This document shows, in pieces, positions 20,201-29,067 of a DNA stretch of 61,833 nt. Under the pieces are notes generated by a model, which saw nothing but the letters and a program-made list of their open reading frames with translations, was not told the origin of the DNA and searched no databases. Location of the stretch: positions 1 through 61,833 of IMG/VR virus record IMGVR_UViG_3300032086_000660. The stretch is one strand, 5' to 3'. Numbering within the stretch: position 1 is the first letter of the stretch; each line of letters begins with the position of its first letter. Position numbers and translations under genes: made by a program. The DNA is from a virus. Its lineage: Duplodnaviria > Caudoviricetes.

Positions 20201-21887
20201 CAACAACAGCTGTTTCCGTCTCAATTATGTCAACCTTTTTGCTTCCAGTAGCAAAGAAGTCAACAAGACGAAGCGTGGCTTCATTAGGCTCTACCTTGAT
20301 TCTAACTTGCTGAGTACCAACATTGTATGAGTTGATTCTAAACTTAACCTCACCCTCAAATCTACCAGACTGAGTAGTAAAAGGAGTAGAACCGCTTGTG
20401 TTCAATATGCTGTAGCTCTCTTCCCCTTCTTTTGGAGAGAACACAGCAGTCTTGTATGTGTCGTGAAACTTATCTACAATCAGCGCTCTAACATCAGAAA
20501 TGGTGCTACCAGCTGGTACAGATATAGCTTCTTTAAATATGATTCCGCTCAGATGACCGTGTATACCTCCTTTTGCAACAGATATGTTGAACTCTTTGGT
20601 CTCTCTGTTGGTGTCATCGTTATCGTTGTAGTATTTGACCCAAGTATCTAAAGGAACATTGAGGAGACCGTTCTTATCAATCTTTACGTCTTTTTGCTCG
20701 TAAGAAACATTTATATGAACTGTTGAAGCATCATTAAAAACTGACGGAAGGTCTGATAGGCTAAGAGTAAAGCCTCTACCGTTAAGCTCATTGTCGTAAA
20801 CAGTGAGTGAGATGTCATATACATCTGGTATGTTGCCGTAGTTGGCAAGCATTTCGACATCAGTGTCAACATTATCGTATCCTTCTATGTAGTTTCCGTA
20901 CATCAATCTATTTCCTACGATAGCTTGAGCCTTAGCTACTTGAGGTACGTTGTCGTATGTCTTATTCAGTTCATTGTTTGCAAGAGGTGAGCCAAGAGTA
21001 TCGTTTGTAAACTCGATTGTTCTTGTGCCACCAGAGGTGCTGTTTGACACCTTCTTTGCTTGATAGAAAGTTCCGTTACCCTCACGAGCATACAGAATAA
21101 TCTCTTTCACATCTGCAACAGAGTTCTTTACGAATACGTTGATTTGATTGTAAAAGTCTTTCTGTTCCTCGCTGTTCAGTCCATCTCTAAGCTGGCTTAC
21201 AGCAACTGTAAGAGAGCTGTACGGTGACAGTGCACTGTGCTCACCATCCTCATATACATACTTGTAAGCAAACTGAAACACACTTCTTTTGATGTTGTTC
21301 TGAATAAGTGTAGGGTTGTTTACAATGTTGTATGTAGGTGCGTGCTTTGGTGGCTGTTTAGCCGTTGTCAAGCAAAGTAGTTTTTCTGCATCTGTACCAG
21401 AAGTAAGAGCTGCGGGGTATCCACCTCTAATCAGTCTCTGTACATTCAGCTTCATCGGAGGGTTGTCGTTGTCTGTCCAGTAGAACAGAGTGTCTTCGTC
21501 CTCGTTGATAATTACATCACACTTAGCGTAGCTGTACTTCTTAAAGTTTAGAACACTATCCTCGTATAGCTTCTGATACTTGTTAGTGGTTAGGTCTATA
21601 CGATAGATACCGTGATTCCCAGCGCTGTTCCATACGAGAAACAAAATCTCTTTGTTGTGCTCATTTGCAATAGAACCGATTACACGATTATCTCCAGAAG
21701 GCACATTGTCCGATGAGCTTCTCGGGCTTACAGACTCATTACCTTTAACATTCTTAACTACCCCAGCTGTTCCTTCTGCATCGTTAGATATGCGAACATT
21801 GAGGTTGTCTGTCATCTCAACAGACTTTACGAGTTTTTGGTCAGTATCCGAGTTTAGATACTGAGGTATGAGTTTGTCAATAGCCAT
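17262..21887 (-). CDS. Tail stabilisation/nozzle (crAss-like muzzle) protein
   Basis: N-terminal LNSD.D...NVRIS, YWTDNDNPPMKLN, NRLMYGNY and GDFGTSGNPES motifs; beta-propeller character. Confidence 0.75.
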   Translation of the reverse strand: MAIDKLIPQYLNSDTDQKLVKSVEMTDNLNVRISNDAEGTAGVVKNVKGNESVSPRSSSDNVPSGDNRVIGSIANEHNKEILFLVWNSAGNHGIYRIDLTTNKYQKLYEDSVLNFKKYSYAKCDVIINEDEDTLFYWTDNDNPPMKLNVQRLIRGGYPAALTSGTDAEKLLCLTTAKQPPKHAPTYNIVNNPTLIQNNIKRSVFQFAYKYVYEDGEHSALSPYSSLTVAVSQLRDGLNSEEQKDFYNQINVFVKNSVADVKEIILYAREGNGTFYQAKKVSNSTSGGTRTIEFTNDTLGSPLANNELNKTYDNVPQVAKAQAIVGNRLMYGNYIEGYDNVDTDVEMLANYGNIPDVYDISLTVYDNELNGRGFTLSLSDLPSVFNDASTVHINVSYEQKDVKIDKNGLLNVPLDTWVKYYNDNDDTNRETKEFNISVAKGGIHGHLSGIIFKEAISVPAGSTISDVRALIVDKFHDTYKTAVFSPKEGEESYSILNTSGSTPFTTQSGRFEGEVKFRINSYNVGTQQVRIKVEPNEATLRLVDFFATGSKKVDIIETETAVVDLTGSSYQPYGGFQEVDLTINNGGSFAAKYLDSGKTFKSGSAHKMGVVYFDNRGRAGGVQEAGDVYVKHLNDRTQEDDLHGRASIVMRLKHSAPSWARTWMPVYVGKGETETKLMYSVKGAFLPKSTGETSGFSIQDTIYLSLNSLFHKPDSYTKATGADIKYQFEKGDRLRIVEYDGGQRTKKEFEVVDHRTLVNDLDTNPILSRRSKDAIEATTGDFLVIKNNPTAPSFNTSAVANDSSGWFKRCVVEVFRKDKKTEDRVYYELGKVYDCNSGTHSDMRNFTSLNAQIDSNTNGIAFAQTAVRVFKGDVLTTSAGTLTVRNVYKDGSTYYFYADDNSATPLPLATYAFTVSNPDAVIDLNVGDAYFRPRVMFTKEEQIDDTDFVKANIIASMVKYAEDYSVSDFFDSKFGSTGRPFAHIPEAKRLRRRASITYSDPFVIDSDKLNLSSFNLSLANWSDVDIKYGGIDSLINRADSLTCLQDSKASQIPVNRNVIEYANGQAGVTVSRNVLSQPSYYAGDFGTSGNPESVVERFGVVYYADAKAGKIVRLSTDGITLISDKGMNSFFEDKFKSLLSITEKIRVVGGFDPDNDEYLVTVEPVYNSQLTIGSDTNNIPVDANAEFTIQGITYVQNTVLWNVWGNVWNTFCGDWDDVGNGVVFVDSAFNAQGVVVDLSYLGSTSTIDVLVTDSSYSFSAIGQVNLSTGQITLPSTTCQGDSITVGAATEKEEGFTVAYKHKEGVWGSKYSFKPTSYVNINNDLYSFFDNEDNRLVWEHNVNTTRNNFYNTQYDSMIEVVSNRNPSMIKVYEALAVEGNGTWSSTVSNSEQSTTIGTSDFDVREGHRYAMIPRDTLKSTEHQIYLGKVDSVSGDKVTFTTPINTIPFVVGDVLKTASGSTLTGTGMEISGIDGRKTIQCTTNISNISAGDNVFVEHAARVDGDPMRDVFLKIKIESSDTTPFEVHALSTHFDRSRLHNDRVN

Positions 21888-21890
21888 AGA

Positions 21891-22703
21891 TTAACCTTTA
21901 GGGCTTTGCTTGTAGTTCTTTCTAATAGTCTTGAGAGCTTCTTCCTTCGTGAATGATTTCAAGCGTGCGTTAGCCAGTCTTCTTTCATTGAAGTATTCTT
22001 GTCTTGCTCTCATCTTCTCCGCCATAGGAACGTTAGCCTTACGCTCCACAAGTCTGTAATAGATGTAAGAGCGCAGTGCGTTCTCTGCGTAAATATGGAT
22101 GGATGGGTTTGTACTTCTTGCTTCATCCGCAATGTATTCTATAACGATTTCACTGTATCCAGCGGTGCTGTACAGCTCAATACGGTTTTGTTCGAAGTTG
22201 ATGCGGAACTCGCCAGAGTATTTACCACCGCCAATACCGTAGGCACGACCAATGTTACCCTCGTACAAGAAGTTACGGAACGTGTAGCTTTCAAAGTCAG
22301 ATAGAGACGCACGGCTTCCGCCAGCGTTTTTAGCATCCTCACGGTCATACACGCCATCGCTGTCAGAGTCTACTCTGTTTCCAGCTGCATCGACCTTGTA
22401 CTTCATAGGGGCAGCTTGATTCTTGTTCTCAGCGAAAACATAAATCAAACCATCAGCACCTACAATACCAATCTTGGTGTAGTCCACAAAATCGTCTGGC
22501 AACTCTACAGTGTCGTTAGAGCTATTTACAGACAGTTTAAGAGACTTTATCTTCTTCTGAATGTCAAAGTTCATCTCACGGATTCCTCGTAGCGCATAGT
22601 TGCGTACAATAACTCCGTTAGCGTTGTTTACATAGTCATCGCCATCAGCGGTAAGCATAAAGTCGTTAACTATCTGGTCTACTGATACTGTATCTCTTGC
22701 CAT
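21891..22703 (-). CDS. Tail ring/adaptor protein
   Basis: LPDDFVDYTKI motif; position as in crAss-like phages. Confidence 0.6.
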   Translation of the reverse strand: MARDTVSVDQIVNDFMLTADGDDYVNNANGVIVRNYALRGIREMNFDIQKKIKSLKLSVNSSNDTVELPDDFVDYTKIGIVGADGLIYVFAENKNQAAPMKYKVDAAGNRVDSDSDGVYDREDAKNAGGSRASLSDFESYTFRNFLYEGNIGRAYGIGGGKYSGEFRINFEQNRIELYSTAGYSEIVIEYIADEARSTNPSIHIYAENALRSYIYYRLVERKANVPMAEKMRARQEYFNERRLANARLKSFTKEEALKTIRKNYKQSPKG

Positions 22704-22706
22704 CTA

Positions 22707-23447
22707 TTACTGCTTTTGTTTCTGCTCTTCAGCATTAGTGTATGCAACAACATCTTGGTCACGAAGGTTGATTCCTACCATTTTACCAATCTCAATAACC
22801 AGTGTAGGTACATAGTGGTCTGGTAGCTCAAAGTCTACAGATGTAGTAGGGTCAAACACTTCTGTTGATGCTCCCAAGTTGGTTGCGTTGTATCTTGGTG
22901 TTAGAGCTGTTCTCGCTCCAGTGCTTACGTTTCTACCCTCTGGGTACTTGTAGTAACGCACTTTAATCTTCTTAACACTTGTAGGGAATACCTCGATATC
23001 CTCAGATACCATAGCAACTGGGTGTGTCGCAGATGGTGCAGATAAATCAGATTGTAGTATGTACTCAATCTTTGATTCATCGTATATCACATCTATGGGT
23101 GTAGATGTAGACTGACCGAATACATAAGCACCGTGTGTCTTCATAGAGATGATTCTCGATAAGTCGTCTGGCTTACCGAACACTCCGTTTGACTGACTAA
23201 GTGTAGATTCCTTAGAAAAGTACGCTAAGTCTTCTTCCAATCTTTTGATGTAAGACTGGTGCGTTTTTGCATCAATGTTTCTTGCACGCATTGTCTGCGC
23301 CTTAGTCAGTTCATTGAATAGGTCGTTGAATATCTTGTTCTGAGCAATGGTAGTAAACGTGTTAAACACCTTTGGGGTGATGAATCCACGCTCATCCTTG
23401 TTTGCCAGATTTTTAAGTGCTGAATAAACTTCGTTTACAGATGCCAT
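22707..23447 (-). CDS. Tail tubular/ring protein
   Basis: NKDERGFITP.VFN...AQ, YYKYP and ELPDH motifs. Confidence 0.6.
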   Translation of the reverse strand: MASVNEVYSALKNLANKDERGFITPKVFNTFTTIAQNKIFNDLFNELTKAQTMRARNIDAKTHQSYIKRLEEDLAYFSKESTLSQSNGVFGKPDDLSRIISMKTHGAYVFGQSTSTPIDVIYDESKIEYILQSDLSAPSATHPVAMVSEDIEVFPTSVKKIKVRYYKYPEGRNVSTGARTALTPRYNATNLGASTEVFDPTTSVDFELPDHYVPTLVIEIGKMVGINLRDQDVVAYTNAEEQKQKQ

Positions 23448-23466
23448 AATAATTCTGTTCTATAGG

Positions 23467-23509
23467 CAAAGATACAAAAAAGAAGGGGCTGCGTAATGCA
23501 ACCCCCTCG
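23467..23509 (-). promoter_or_regulatory. Intrinsic terminator fused to a TATCTTTG promoter box
   Basis: Hairpin (about 23482-23508), U-tract, then TAnnTTTG at 23467-23474. Confidence 0.65.
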
Positions 23510-23532
23510 TATACAGTAACTTATAAGTTAAC

Positions 23533-24360
23533 TTAGATTTTAGACAACTGTCTTTCGATTTCTTCGAATACGGTAGCACCCTTGTCTGTTAGACAGAAGC
23601 GTGTAGCGGTGTCGAGTGTATCTTGTCCAGCTGGTGTAGCTACAATCAGCTTACCGCTGTCGTACCACTTCAATCCATCTACATCTGCACGAAGAATTTG
23701 GAAGTCTACAGCATTCATAATTGTACTACGAGTCTGTACTTGTGGGTTGTCAAACATCTTGATAAAGCGAGTCGGGTTAGACTTGGCTTCTTGTAGAAGC
23801 TCACGCTTAATCTCCATATTCTTTTGATTGACATCGATACCCAAGTATAGTGCTACTGGTAGTAGTTCTTCAATAGACTTGTCACGAACCATAGCCACTG
23901 CATCAACCATAGCAAACTCTTGCTCGATTTCTACCTCAGCTTTAGCTTCGTTGTTTACAAGCTCAAATCGACTACCACCGTTAGAAAAGTTATCTGGATG
24001 CAAGTCCAAATACTTCATTAGGTTTGGCTTGGTGAAAGGAACGTAGAGCTCTTTATTATTGAAGATAATCTGTTCACGGATAATGTTTTCTCCTTGCTCA
24101 TCTGCAAATACAGAGTTCTCATTAGGAGAGTAACGAAGCTGTCTTACAAGACCAGACTCTTCATCGAATACCGTGATGTTTTGTTGTTTAAGCTTGTACC
24201 AGTGACCGCCACCATTAGTGACACGATACAGCCTATTTTGACGAGCCTCTTCAACGAGGTTTCTCTTTACTTTTTGCGCTAAAGGAGCGGCTTTCTTTGG
24301 AGCTGCTTTTGGTGCAGCTTTAGGTGCAGCTTTAGGGGCTGCCTTAGCAGTTGTTGCCAT
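23533..24360 (-). CDS. Conserved-type head/neck-associated protein with N-terminal AAPK repeats
   Basis: Follows the capsid gene; starts with (KAAP)x4. Confidence 0.55.
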   Translation of the reverse strand: MATTAKAAPKAAPKAAPKAAPKKAAPLAQKVKRNLVEEARQNRLYRVTNGGGHWYKLKQQNITVFDEESGLVRQLRYSPNENSVFADEQGENIIREQIIFNNKELYVPFTKPNLMKYLDLHPDNFSNGGSRFELVNNEAKAEVEIEQEFAMVDAVAMVRDKSIEELLPVALYLGIDVNQKNMEIKRELLQEAKSNPTRFIKMFDNPQVQTRSTIMNAVDFQILRADVDGLKWYDSGKLIVATPAGQDTLDTATRFCLTDKGATVFEEIERQLSKI

Positions 24361-24382
24361 TGTTATTGATATTAAATAAAAT

Positions 24383-24417
24383 TAAAAAAAGAGGGAGGGG
24401 ACGAATCCCCTCACCTC
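24383..24417 (-). terminator. Intrinsic terminator after the capsid gene
   Basis: GAGG(T)GAGGGGA-TTCG-TCCCCTCCCTC followed by T7 on the minus strand. Confidence 0.8.
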
Positions 24418-24430
24418 AGTAGTGTTATGC

Positions 24431-25813
24431 TTACGCCTTAATCAACAAGTGACGGTTAGCAGCACGAGTAATCAAGTTACACTCAGAACGGTAGTGGAAC
24501 TCAACGTTGTCCTTAGTTGCGTTAGACGCACCCAATACAGAACCAATCATCCAGTGCTCCATTTCACGAGAGTAACCGTTAGCAGCTTTGTAGTTCATTT
24601 CCAAAGCTGGTGCTTTTTCACCAGTTTTAGCATCAGCTACTTGCGCCATTGGTACAGCTACACCGTAGAAGTCTGAGTCAGCCAACAATGTTGGGTCGTT
24701 CAACAACTTCCAGTCGTGCTTGTGGAATGTGTATCCACCACGAGCGAAGCTGCGGAAACCAAGAGTCAAAGCTGTCTCTGGGCTGTTTTGGAATGAACCG
24801 AAAGCAGCAGCACCTACAGTAGTTGCAGATGTACCAGAAGCCAACTGACCAGCAGCCAACATATCATCGATAGCCAAATCTTGTGCACGGTTAACGTAAA
24901 GAGCGTACTCAGATGCAGCACCTTCTTTATCGAATACCTTAACGATGTCATCAACCTCAGAGATAGTGTTGATTAGACCAGACTGAACCATACCTCTATC
25001 TTCGATTGCAGCGAAGTAACCTTCAGAACCGTCAATAGCAGTGTAGTCGTAAGAGCCAGAAGAACCAGCAGTGCTGTTTCCTACAGTCTGTCCCAACAAC
25101 ATCATCATTTCACGCTTGTCCATGAAACGCTGACGAGTGTCGCTTTCTGATTTCAAGTACCAGCGGTAGTCACCGTTACCCAAGTTAATCCAACCGATGT
25201 TAGTTGCTTGAGAACCAGTTACACTGTATACTTCCTTCATAATCATAAACTTGTTGGTACGCTTAGTGATACCAGACTCGATGAAAGATGAAGGTTGGTC
25301 AGAACCTTGCTCGTACAAGTTACCAATGATTGGGAACTCGTAAGAAGTACCAGAAACCAATGCTGGAAGGTTAGCATCAGCCAAGTTAGCGATTTCGAAA
25401 GACGTGTCACCAGTAACCTTGATTACGATAGCACGGCTTGAACCGTCACTTGACAATACGATGTCGTTCAAACGAACGATAGCTTTGTTAGCAGAGCCCA
25501 AAGTAATAACTTGTACTTTGCCAGTAGCTACAGCACCAGTTGGAGTAGCTTTTTGCTTCTTGTGCAAACGCTCTTCTTCCCAGTATTGTACTTCGTCATT
25601 TGTTGCAACAGCTTTTGTTGCACCTACCAACTGGAGGAATCCAGTGATACCTTGTGAACCGTAAGTCTTGATAAGAGCGTCACGGTTGTCTGGCTTGTTT
25701 ACCAAGTCGTACAAAGAGATGTACTTGGCAGCATCCAATTTTTGTAGGTCAAACTGGTTACCAGCAGCGTTGCTACCAGCAAGACCATACGTTACGTTAC
25801 CTAAAGTAGCCAT
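24431..25813 (-). CDS. Major capsid protein
   Basis: 460 aa, follows an acidic scaffold gene, has a strong terminator; crAss-like motifs (WEEE, DGSEGYFAAIEDRG, HYRSEC). Confidence 0.8.
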   Translation of the reverse strand: MATLGNVTYGLAGSNAAGNQFDLQKLDAAKYISLYDLVNKPDNRDALIKTYGSQGITGFLQLVGATKAVATNDEVQYWEEERLHKKQKATPTGAVATGKVQVITLGSANKAIVRLNDIVLSSDGSSRAIVIKVTGDTSFEIANLADANLPALVSGTSYEFPIIGNLYEQGSDQPSSFIESGITKRTNKFMIMKEVYSVTGSQATNIGWINLGNGDYRWYLKSESDTRQRFMDKREMMMLLGQTVGNSTAGSSGSYDYTAIDGSEGYFAAIEDRGMVQSGLINTISEVDDIVKVFDKEGAASEYALYVNRAQDLAIDDMLAAGQLASGTSATTVGAAAFGSFQNSPETALTLGFRSFARGGYTFHKHDWKLLNDPTLLADSDFYGVAVPMAQVADAKTGEKAPALEMNYKAANGYSREMEHWMIGSVLGASNATKDNVEFHYRSECNLITRAANRHLLIKA

Positions 25814-25824
25814 AATCTATGTGT

Positions 25825-26949
25825 TTAAATCTTAAACGTTAATCCATTGTCATTCATCCCGAGAGCTTGACGAACTTGGTCTTCTAAACTTGGCACATTA
25901 GACTGACCAGTATTGCCAGCTTGATTAGGTTGTTGATACTGCACGTTTGCAGCTTTGTCAACCAGACCACGCTGTCCTTCTCCAAGTCCTTGCTGATAAG
26001 CAGTCTTTACTATCGTTTCGATATTGTCTAAGACTGTTTGATGCATATTCCACTTTTCGAAGTCAAACTGACCAGCTTCTGAAACATAGTTTGAGAAGAA
26101 GTCTTCAATGTTCTCGTTCTTAGACAAGAGTTGATTCTTGTACGACTCGTCAAGACCAAATGTAAACGATTTGTCTTTTCCAAGCTCGAACTCAATGCCA
26201 TCCAGTGCATCAACTTCGGCTGACATATCGCCTAACCATTGCTCATCAACGATACCCTCATACTCTTGCTCCGCACGTTGTGGAGCTGCGTATTGAGAGC
26301 GCACAGACTCAATTTCTTGTCTGGCTTTGTCTGCGTCCATCTTGAGCTGTAGCTGCGACAATCTAACATCTGCCTCATCATACAAATCTGCGTCCAGCTT
26401 GTACTTGTTGTTAAGCAGTAAATCCAAGTCGTCATTAGAGATATCACCGTACTGATTACGCAACTGAGTTCTAACCGCAGCTAAATCATCCATTTCGGAT
26501 GGGTTCATAGCTTGGTATGTAAACCAGTCTTGTGGGTCTCGTCCAGTTTCTCTGACGAATTGATTGATTGCAGCAACACGCTCATCAATTTCCGTAGACG
26601 TATTTTCACTCTGTCCGATTTCATCGAAACTACTTACTTGTCGTCCCAGCCTTTCGCTGAGGTAGCCAAGCATTGCAGCTTCCATTTCCTCATCAGAGAT
26701 ATTTTCATCGTCTTCTTGTAAAGAACTTTGAGGCTGTTCTACAGCCGCCTCAGTCTGTTGTGGCTGCGTAGGCTCTTGAAACTGTTGTGCTTCTTGTTGC
26801 ACTGGCTCTTGCACCGTTTCTGGTGCAGACTCTACTGGAGCTTCTTGAGGCTGTTCCGCAGTTGGTTCTAAATTTGTTGGAGCTTCGTTAGATACAGACA
26901 TTCCCATATCACCTACCAAGCTCTCTAAGTCTTTGTTTAAATCGCTCAT
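25825..26949 (-). CDS. Capsid scaffolding protein
   Basis: Very acidic E/Q/P-rich N-terminus, directly upstream of the capsid gene. Start moved to MSDLNK. Confidence 0.65.
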   Translation of the reverse strand: MSDLNKDLESLVGDMGMSVSNEAPTNLEPTAEQPQEAPVESAPETVQEPVQQEAQQFQEPTQPQQTEAAVEQPQSSLQEDDENISDEEMEAAMLGYLSERLGRQVSSFDEIGQSENTSTEIDERVAAINQFVRETGRDPQDWFTYQAMNPSEMDDLAAVRTQLRNQYGDISNDDLDLLLNNKYKLDADLYDEADVRLSQLQLKMDADKARQEIESVRSQYAAPQRAEQEYEGIVDEQWLGDMSAEVDALDGIEFELGKDKSFTFGLDESYKNQLLSKNENIEDFFSNYVSEAGQFDFEKWNMHQTVLDNIETIVKTAYQQGLGEGQRGLVDKAANVQYQQPNQAGNTGQSNVPSLEDQVRQALGMNDNGLTFKI

Positions 26950-26973
26950 TTGAAATAAATTGTAATTACGATA

Positions 26974-27012
26974 CAAAATTACACAAAAAAGGGATACATT
27001 TCTGTACCCCTC
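26974..27012 (-). promoter_or_regulatory. Terminator fused to a TAATTTTG promoter box
   Basis: GAGGGGTACAGAAATGTATCCC-TTTTTT followed by TAnnTTTG at 26974-26981. Confidence 0.65.
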
Positions 27013-27030
27013 TAATAATCAGTGTGTTAA

Positions 27031-27420
27031 TTACTTTCGGTAACGCCTTACTTTCTTGGCGATACTCTTCGGCTGTTTTACGAACTGCTTACCTTTTCGG
27101 TTTCCAGCTGCTTTAGCTCTGTTGGTAGCTCTTCTTTCCGCTGGGCTCAATGCTCTCCAAGCAGCATCTGGTAAGTATCTTTTCTTTCCCCGAGACTTGC
27201 TTCCGTCTGAGGTTCTCCACTTTTGCTTACTCCACTTAGATAGACTGTTGGATGATTTCTTTTTGCCCTTGTAACCACCCCCAGCTTTTTTGTAGCGAGC
27301 CACAGCAATCTGCGCCTTACGAGCAGACCACTGCCCAGCACGACCACCTTTAGTACCAGACTTAACTGATGCTACGATGCGCTTCCAAAGAGATGGGTTT
27401 GATTTTTTAGCGGTACTCAT
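27031..27420 (-). CDS. Highly basic small protein (DUF5872-like)
   Basis: GQWSARKAQ...YKKAGGGY...LSKWSKQKW...RYLP motifs. Confidence 0.65.
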   Translation of the reverse strand: MSTAKKSNPSLWKRIVASVKSGTKGGRAGQWSARKAQIAVARYKKAGGGYKGKKKSSNSLSKWSKQKWRTSDGSKSRGKKRYLPDAAWRALSPAERRATNRAKAAGNRKGKQFVKQPKSIAKKVRRYRK

Positions 27421-27423
27421 AAT

Positions 27424-27525
27424 TTAGCTGCCACAAGCCTCACAGTCTTCTGGGTTTTCAAGGTTACAAGTTGGTTGTTCTGCGTTCTCCAATTCGTTAA
27501 CGAAATCTGCAAAGCTGTCTGACAT
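27424..27525 (-). CDS. 33-aa acidic microprotein ending CNLENPEDCEACGS
   Basis: Translated by hand; fills the gap in the operon exactly. Confidence 0.6.
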   Translation of the reverse strand: MSDSFADFVNELENAEQPTCNLENPEDCEACGS

Positions 27526-27571
27526 AATAGTATGTGTATAGGGTTAGTAAAAAAGGGCTACGAAGATACAA

Positions 27572-27883
27572 TTATTTGTTCTTCAATCTGTCGTTCTCCT
27601 TCTCCAAGAACTCTACCTTAACACGGAGCGCAGAAACCTCTTGCGTTAGGGCTAATACTTGGTCACGAAGTTCATCTTTTTCATCGCTGCTCGAAGCTAA
27701 CAAAGCCTCAAGGTTGCGTACTCTGTTCTTTAGGTCATCACGGTACTGCACACCATCATTATTTTCAAGTTGGGATTTACGTTCATCGGATTTGACTTTT
27801 AATCGAGCTTGTAGGAATTGCCAAATCCCAGCTGTCCCAGCGACAGATACTACAGTAATAATTATTTGCGTGATATCTTCCAT
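27572..27883 (-). CDS. Membrane-anchored coiled-coil protein
   Basis: N-terminal transmembrane segment followed by a heptad-rich region. Confidence 0.6.
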   Translation of the reverse strand: MEDITQIIITVVSVAGTAGIWQFLQARLKVKSDERKSQLENNDGVQYRDDLKNRVRNLEALLASSSDEKDELRDQVLALTQEVSALRVKVEFLEKENDRLKNK

Positions 27884-28269
27884 TACAAGCCCTTCTCCAT
27901 TTTCTCTTTAAATACTCTGACAGTGTTCCACATAGCGAATACCATTATAATAGCCCATCCAATACGACTGCCATTAAGCATTCCCTCTACGAATAGATTT
28001 TCTACTGTCATAAAAGCTATTATTGCTGCAATCTGCACAGCGTATAAACGCATACGAAGTGTGCCATCCCACACCACAGACCACATCTGAAAAAGACCAG
28101 CAGCTACACCTCCTAATATCAAAGGTATAGATGGGTTATCAAAGTCTACACATAGCGCAGCGGGAAGAGCAAAGATGTGACAGAATGCAATCAACACTTC
28201 GTTTGGCTCAGAGTCTGAATACCAAAACAAATCTTTAACCTTAGCTAATCCTTTCTTTCCCATTACCAT
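27883..28269 (-). CDS. Multi-pass membrane protein
   Basis: About four hydrophobic segments; translationally coupled. Confidence 0.6.
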   Translation of the reverse strand: MVMGKKGLAKVKDLFWYSDSEPNEVLIAFCHIFALPAALCVDFDNPSIPLILGGVAAGLFQMWSVVWDGTLRMRLYAVQIAAIIAFMTVENLFVEGMLNGSRIGWAIIMVFAMWNTVRVFKEKMEKGL

Positions 28270-28556
28270 TTAACTTTATTAGCCCAATAAGCAGCAGACA
28301 ATTTACCTTTTGCAATGTTCTTGCGGTGACGTGCTTTAAATGATGCACGTTTCTTTTTCATACGGTCAGATTCACCAGCCTTCGGCTTACCAGCCGTGCT
28401 TGCTCCTTGTTCACCAAAGCGAATAGTCTTAATAATGTCACCCACTTTAGCAACCACAATGTGCGACTTTTTTGGGTGATTAGGAGTGCGTTTTGGTTTG
28501 TTGTAACCAGACACCCCCGCACGAACAAGTCTTGAGTCTTTTTTCTTCGCTTTCAT
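28263..28556 (-). CDS. Highly basic small protein
   Basis: KTIRFGEQG...RASFKARH...SAAYWANKVKW, a common phage family pattern. Confidence 0.65.
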   Translation of the reverse strand: MKAKKKDSRLVRAGVSGYNKPKRTPNHPKKSHIVVAKVGDIIKTIRFGEQGASTAGKPKAGESDRMKKKRASFKARHRKNIAKGKLSAAYWANKVKW

Positions 28557-28561
28557 AGCTA

Positions 28562-28602
28562 CAAAGATATAAAAAAAGAGGGCTACATTTCTGTAACCCT
28601 CT
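28562..28602 (-). promoter_or_regulatory. Terminator fused to a TATCTTTG promoter box
   Basis: GAGGGTTACAGAAATGTAGCCCTC-T7-A-TATCTTTG on the minus strand. Confidence 0.7.
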
Positions 28603-28653
28603 GAGTATAAGCGAGGTAATGAATCTCTTAAAGGAGGTGGCTCTCTCCCAAAC

Positions 28654-28902
28654 CTATTCCGCTGTTTCTTCTTCTACAACCTCGTACTCACCAGTCTCTA
28701 CATCGATAGATACGTTGCCGTACTTGTCTTGTAGAACCTTGCGCTCTTCTGCAAGTTGCGCTTGAGCTTTTTGATATTCCGTGAGCATTGTTGACTTAGC
28801 GATTTCTAAGTCTCCGATACGAGCTGTGATTGCACGAACAGAGCTAACTGCTTTCTGCACGTTCTCCAGTTCAGTCTTTGTAAGCTTTGTTTTCTTAGCC
28901 AT
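28654..28902 (-). CDS. Small coiled-coil protein
   Basis: Ends LQDKYGNVSIDVETGEY; TATATTTG box at 28935-28942 upstream. Confidence 0.65.
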   Translation of the reverse strand: MAKKTKLTKTELENVQKAVSSVRAITARIGDLEIAKSTMLTEYQKAQAQLAEERKVLQDKYGNVSIDVETGEYEVVEEETAE

Positions 28903-28947
28903 AATTATGAATGAATTAAATTGTTATAACGTCACAAATATAACAAA

Positions 28948-29067
28948 CTATTGTGAATCTATCCACTGCTGACACTCTTCTTGTGTCCCCATATAACAGA
29001 CTACCGCTTCGTCTTGCCAGACTTCGTAGACTGTAGCCGCTTCATCGTAAGGTTCTATAGTATACAT
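28948..29067 (-). CDS. 39-aa hypothetical protein (MYTIEPYDEAATVYEVW..)
   Basis: Translated by hand; ATG overlaps the previous stop (TAATG). Confidence 0.5.
   Translation of the reverse strand: MYTIEPYDEAATVYEVWQDEAVVCYMGTQEECQQWIDSQ

Noticed and set aside
24290-24345. 12-nt periodic repeat
   Set aside because: It is simply the coding sequence for the (KAAP)n low-complexity N-terminus.
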